The notes below the pieces were generated by a model. The model did no database searches. It was not told the DNA's origin and saw only the letters and a program-made list of their open reading frames with translations. From assembly GCA_027491415.1 (NCBI GenBank), contig JAOZFH010000015.1, positions 1 through 13,792 of the forward strand: a DNA stretch of 13,792 bases. Direction: 5' to 3'. The stretch's first letter is position 1. Each line of letters begins with the position of its first letter. Below, piece after piece: positions 13,232-13,792 of the stretch. The stretch is from Thermoproteota archaeon. GTDB lineage: Archaea; Korarchaeota; Korarchaeia; Korarchaeales; Korarchaeaceae. A program made the position numbers and the translations under genes.

Positions 13232-13492
13232 CTACACCGGGAGGCCCACACCCGAGCTCAGAAATCCTCCCACGGACCCCCTCGCCCTCAGTCGGCGACC
13301 TCCGGTGGGGCCTGTTCCACTGGTCCCCGGCAGCAGGTTAAGCTTGCTCAGCGTGGAACCCTCGTCTTGCGCTTTCGTGCGGGAGCCCCCTGACCACGGC
13401 TCTCCCTGACACCTCACGCCAGTCGACGCTCCCGTTCTCCTCGACAAGCCCGTACAGCTCCTCCGGTATACCAGGCGTGATATTTGCCGCAC
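13232..13492 (-). pseudogene. Frameshifted RHH/CopG antitoxin-like remnant
   Basis: One frame reads ANITPGIPEELYGLVEENGSVDWREVSGRAVVRGL (cf. the archaeal RHH pattern MANITLSIPEELY...INWSEVARRAI). A plausible continuation KAQDEGSTLSKLNLL lies in another frame, and the GTG at 13492 is out of frame with the RHH segment. Confidence 0.6.
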
Positions 13493-13595
13493 GTGATCCG
13501 CTGGAGGGTGAAGAGGCGCGAACCGTCTCTAGAGCTTCGACCGCCGGCCGCTCCTTTTTATTTCGAGCCCCCCCAGGGGGCCCGTGCTCCCCATC

Positions 13596-13792
13596 GTGGT
13601 AGAATTCTCCTCCTCGAGGAAGTGGAGGAGGGCCGTTATGGATTTCGCCTCGAGGCTCGAGGCGTCCCTCGGGGGCAGGCTGGTCAGGGTCGTGGCCCTG
13701 CCGGACCCGGAGGACGAGGTCTACCAGAGCAACGTCCTGGTGGTGCTCAGGGAGGTCAGGCCCGGGGACTTTGAGCTCGTGGCCAGGCTGGC
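13596..13792 (+). CDS. Putative minimal-nucleotidyltransferase-fold protein, truncated by the window edge
   Basis: Not in the track. GTG 13596 opens MVEFSSSRKWRRAVMDFASRLEASLGGRLVRVVALPDPEDEVYQSNVLVVLREVRPGDFELVARL...; TATA CTTTTTATT at about 13555-13563. MNT-like helix-strand-loop-strand order, but lacks the GS and DxD motifs. Confidence 0.6.
   Translation, partial: MVEFSSSRKWRRAVMDFASRLEASLGGRLVRVVALPDPEDEVYQSNVLVVLREVRPGDFELVARL

Noticed and set aside
13200-13550. RNase P or SRP RNA in the GC-rich apparent gap
   Set aside because: No GAGGAAAGUCC-type P4 motif or SRP helix-8 motif found on either strand; an RHH pseudogene explains the region better.
1-13792. CRISPR array, tRNA, rRNA, integrase or transposase
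   Set aside because: No regularly spaced repeats, cloverleaf/T-loop signatures in the gaps, or recombinase motifs were seen by eye.

Overview
A GC-rich, gene-dense archaeal chromosomal segment. The domain call rests on AGG/ATA codon bias, TATA boxes about 25-35 nt before many starts, GGTGA-type Shine-Dalgarno sites and archaeal gene families; a TACK/Korarchaeota-like thermophile is a guess. Left to right: a secreted protein (truncated) and a secreted transglutaminase-like protein (-); MarC (+); JAMM/MPN+ metalloprotease (-); a + strand run of a YbjN-like protein, an ATP-cone/Mrr-type nuclease, a degenerate PqaA-like hydrolase and a divergent MCM-like AAA+ ATPase; a convergent HerA-like ATPase with a coiled-coil tail (-); a 52-aa Arg-rich ORF (-); divergent nadE (-) and pncB (+); a glycine-zipper/helical protein (+). 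The right end is an accessory patch: a vapBC pair with an operator, an AbrB regulator coupled to a 47-aa four-Cys mini-protein, a possible IS200/IS605-type end, an RHH pseudogene and a truncated MNT-like gene. The 52-aa ORF, the 47-aa ORF and both edge genes are missing from the ORF track. The best candidates for new biology are the MCM-like ATPase (Walker B FIVPE, no OB-fold N-terminus) with its nuclease and HerA neighbours, and the AbrB plus mini Fe-S/Zn protein operon. All family calls come from reading motifs by eye; no searches were run.
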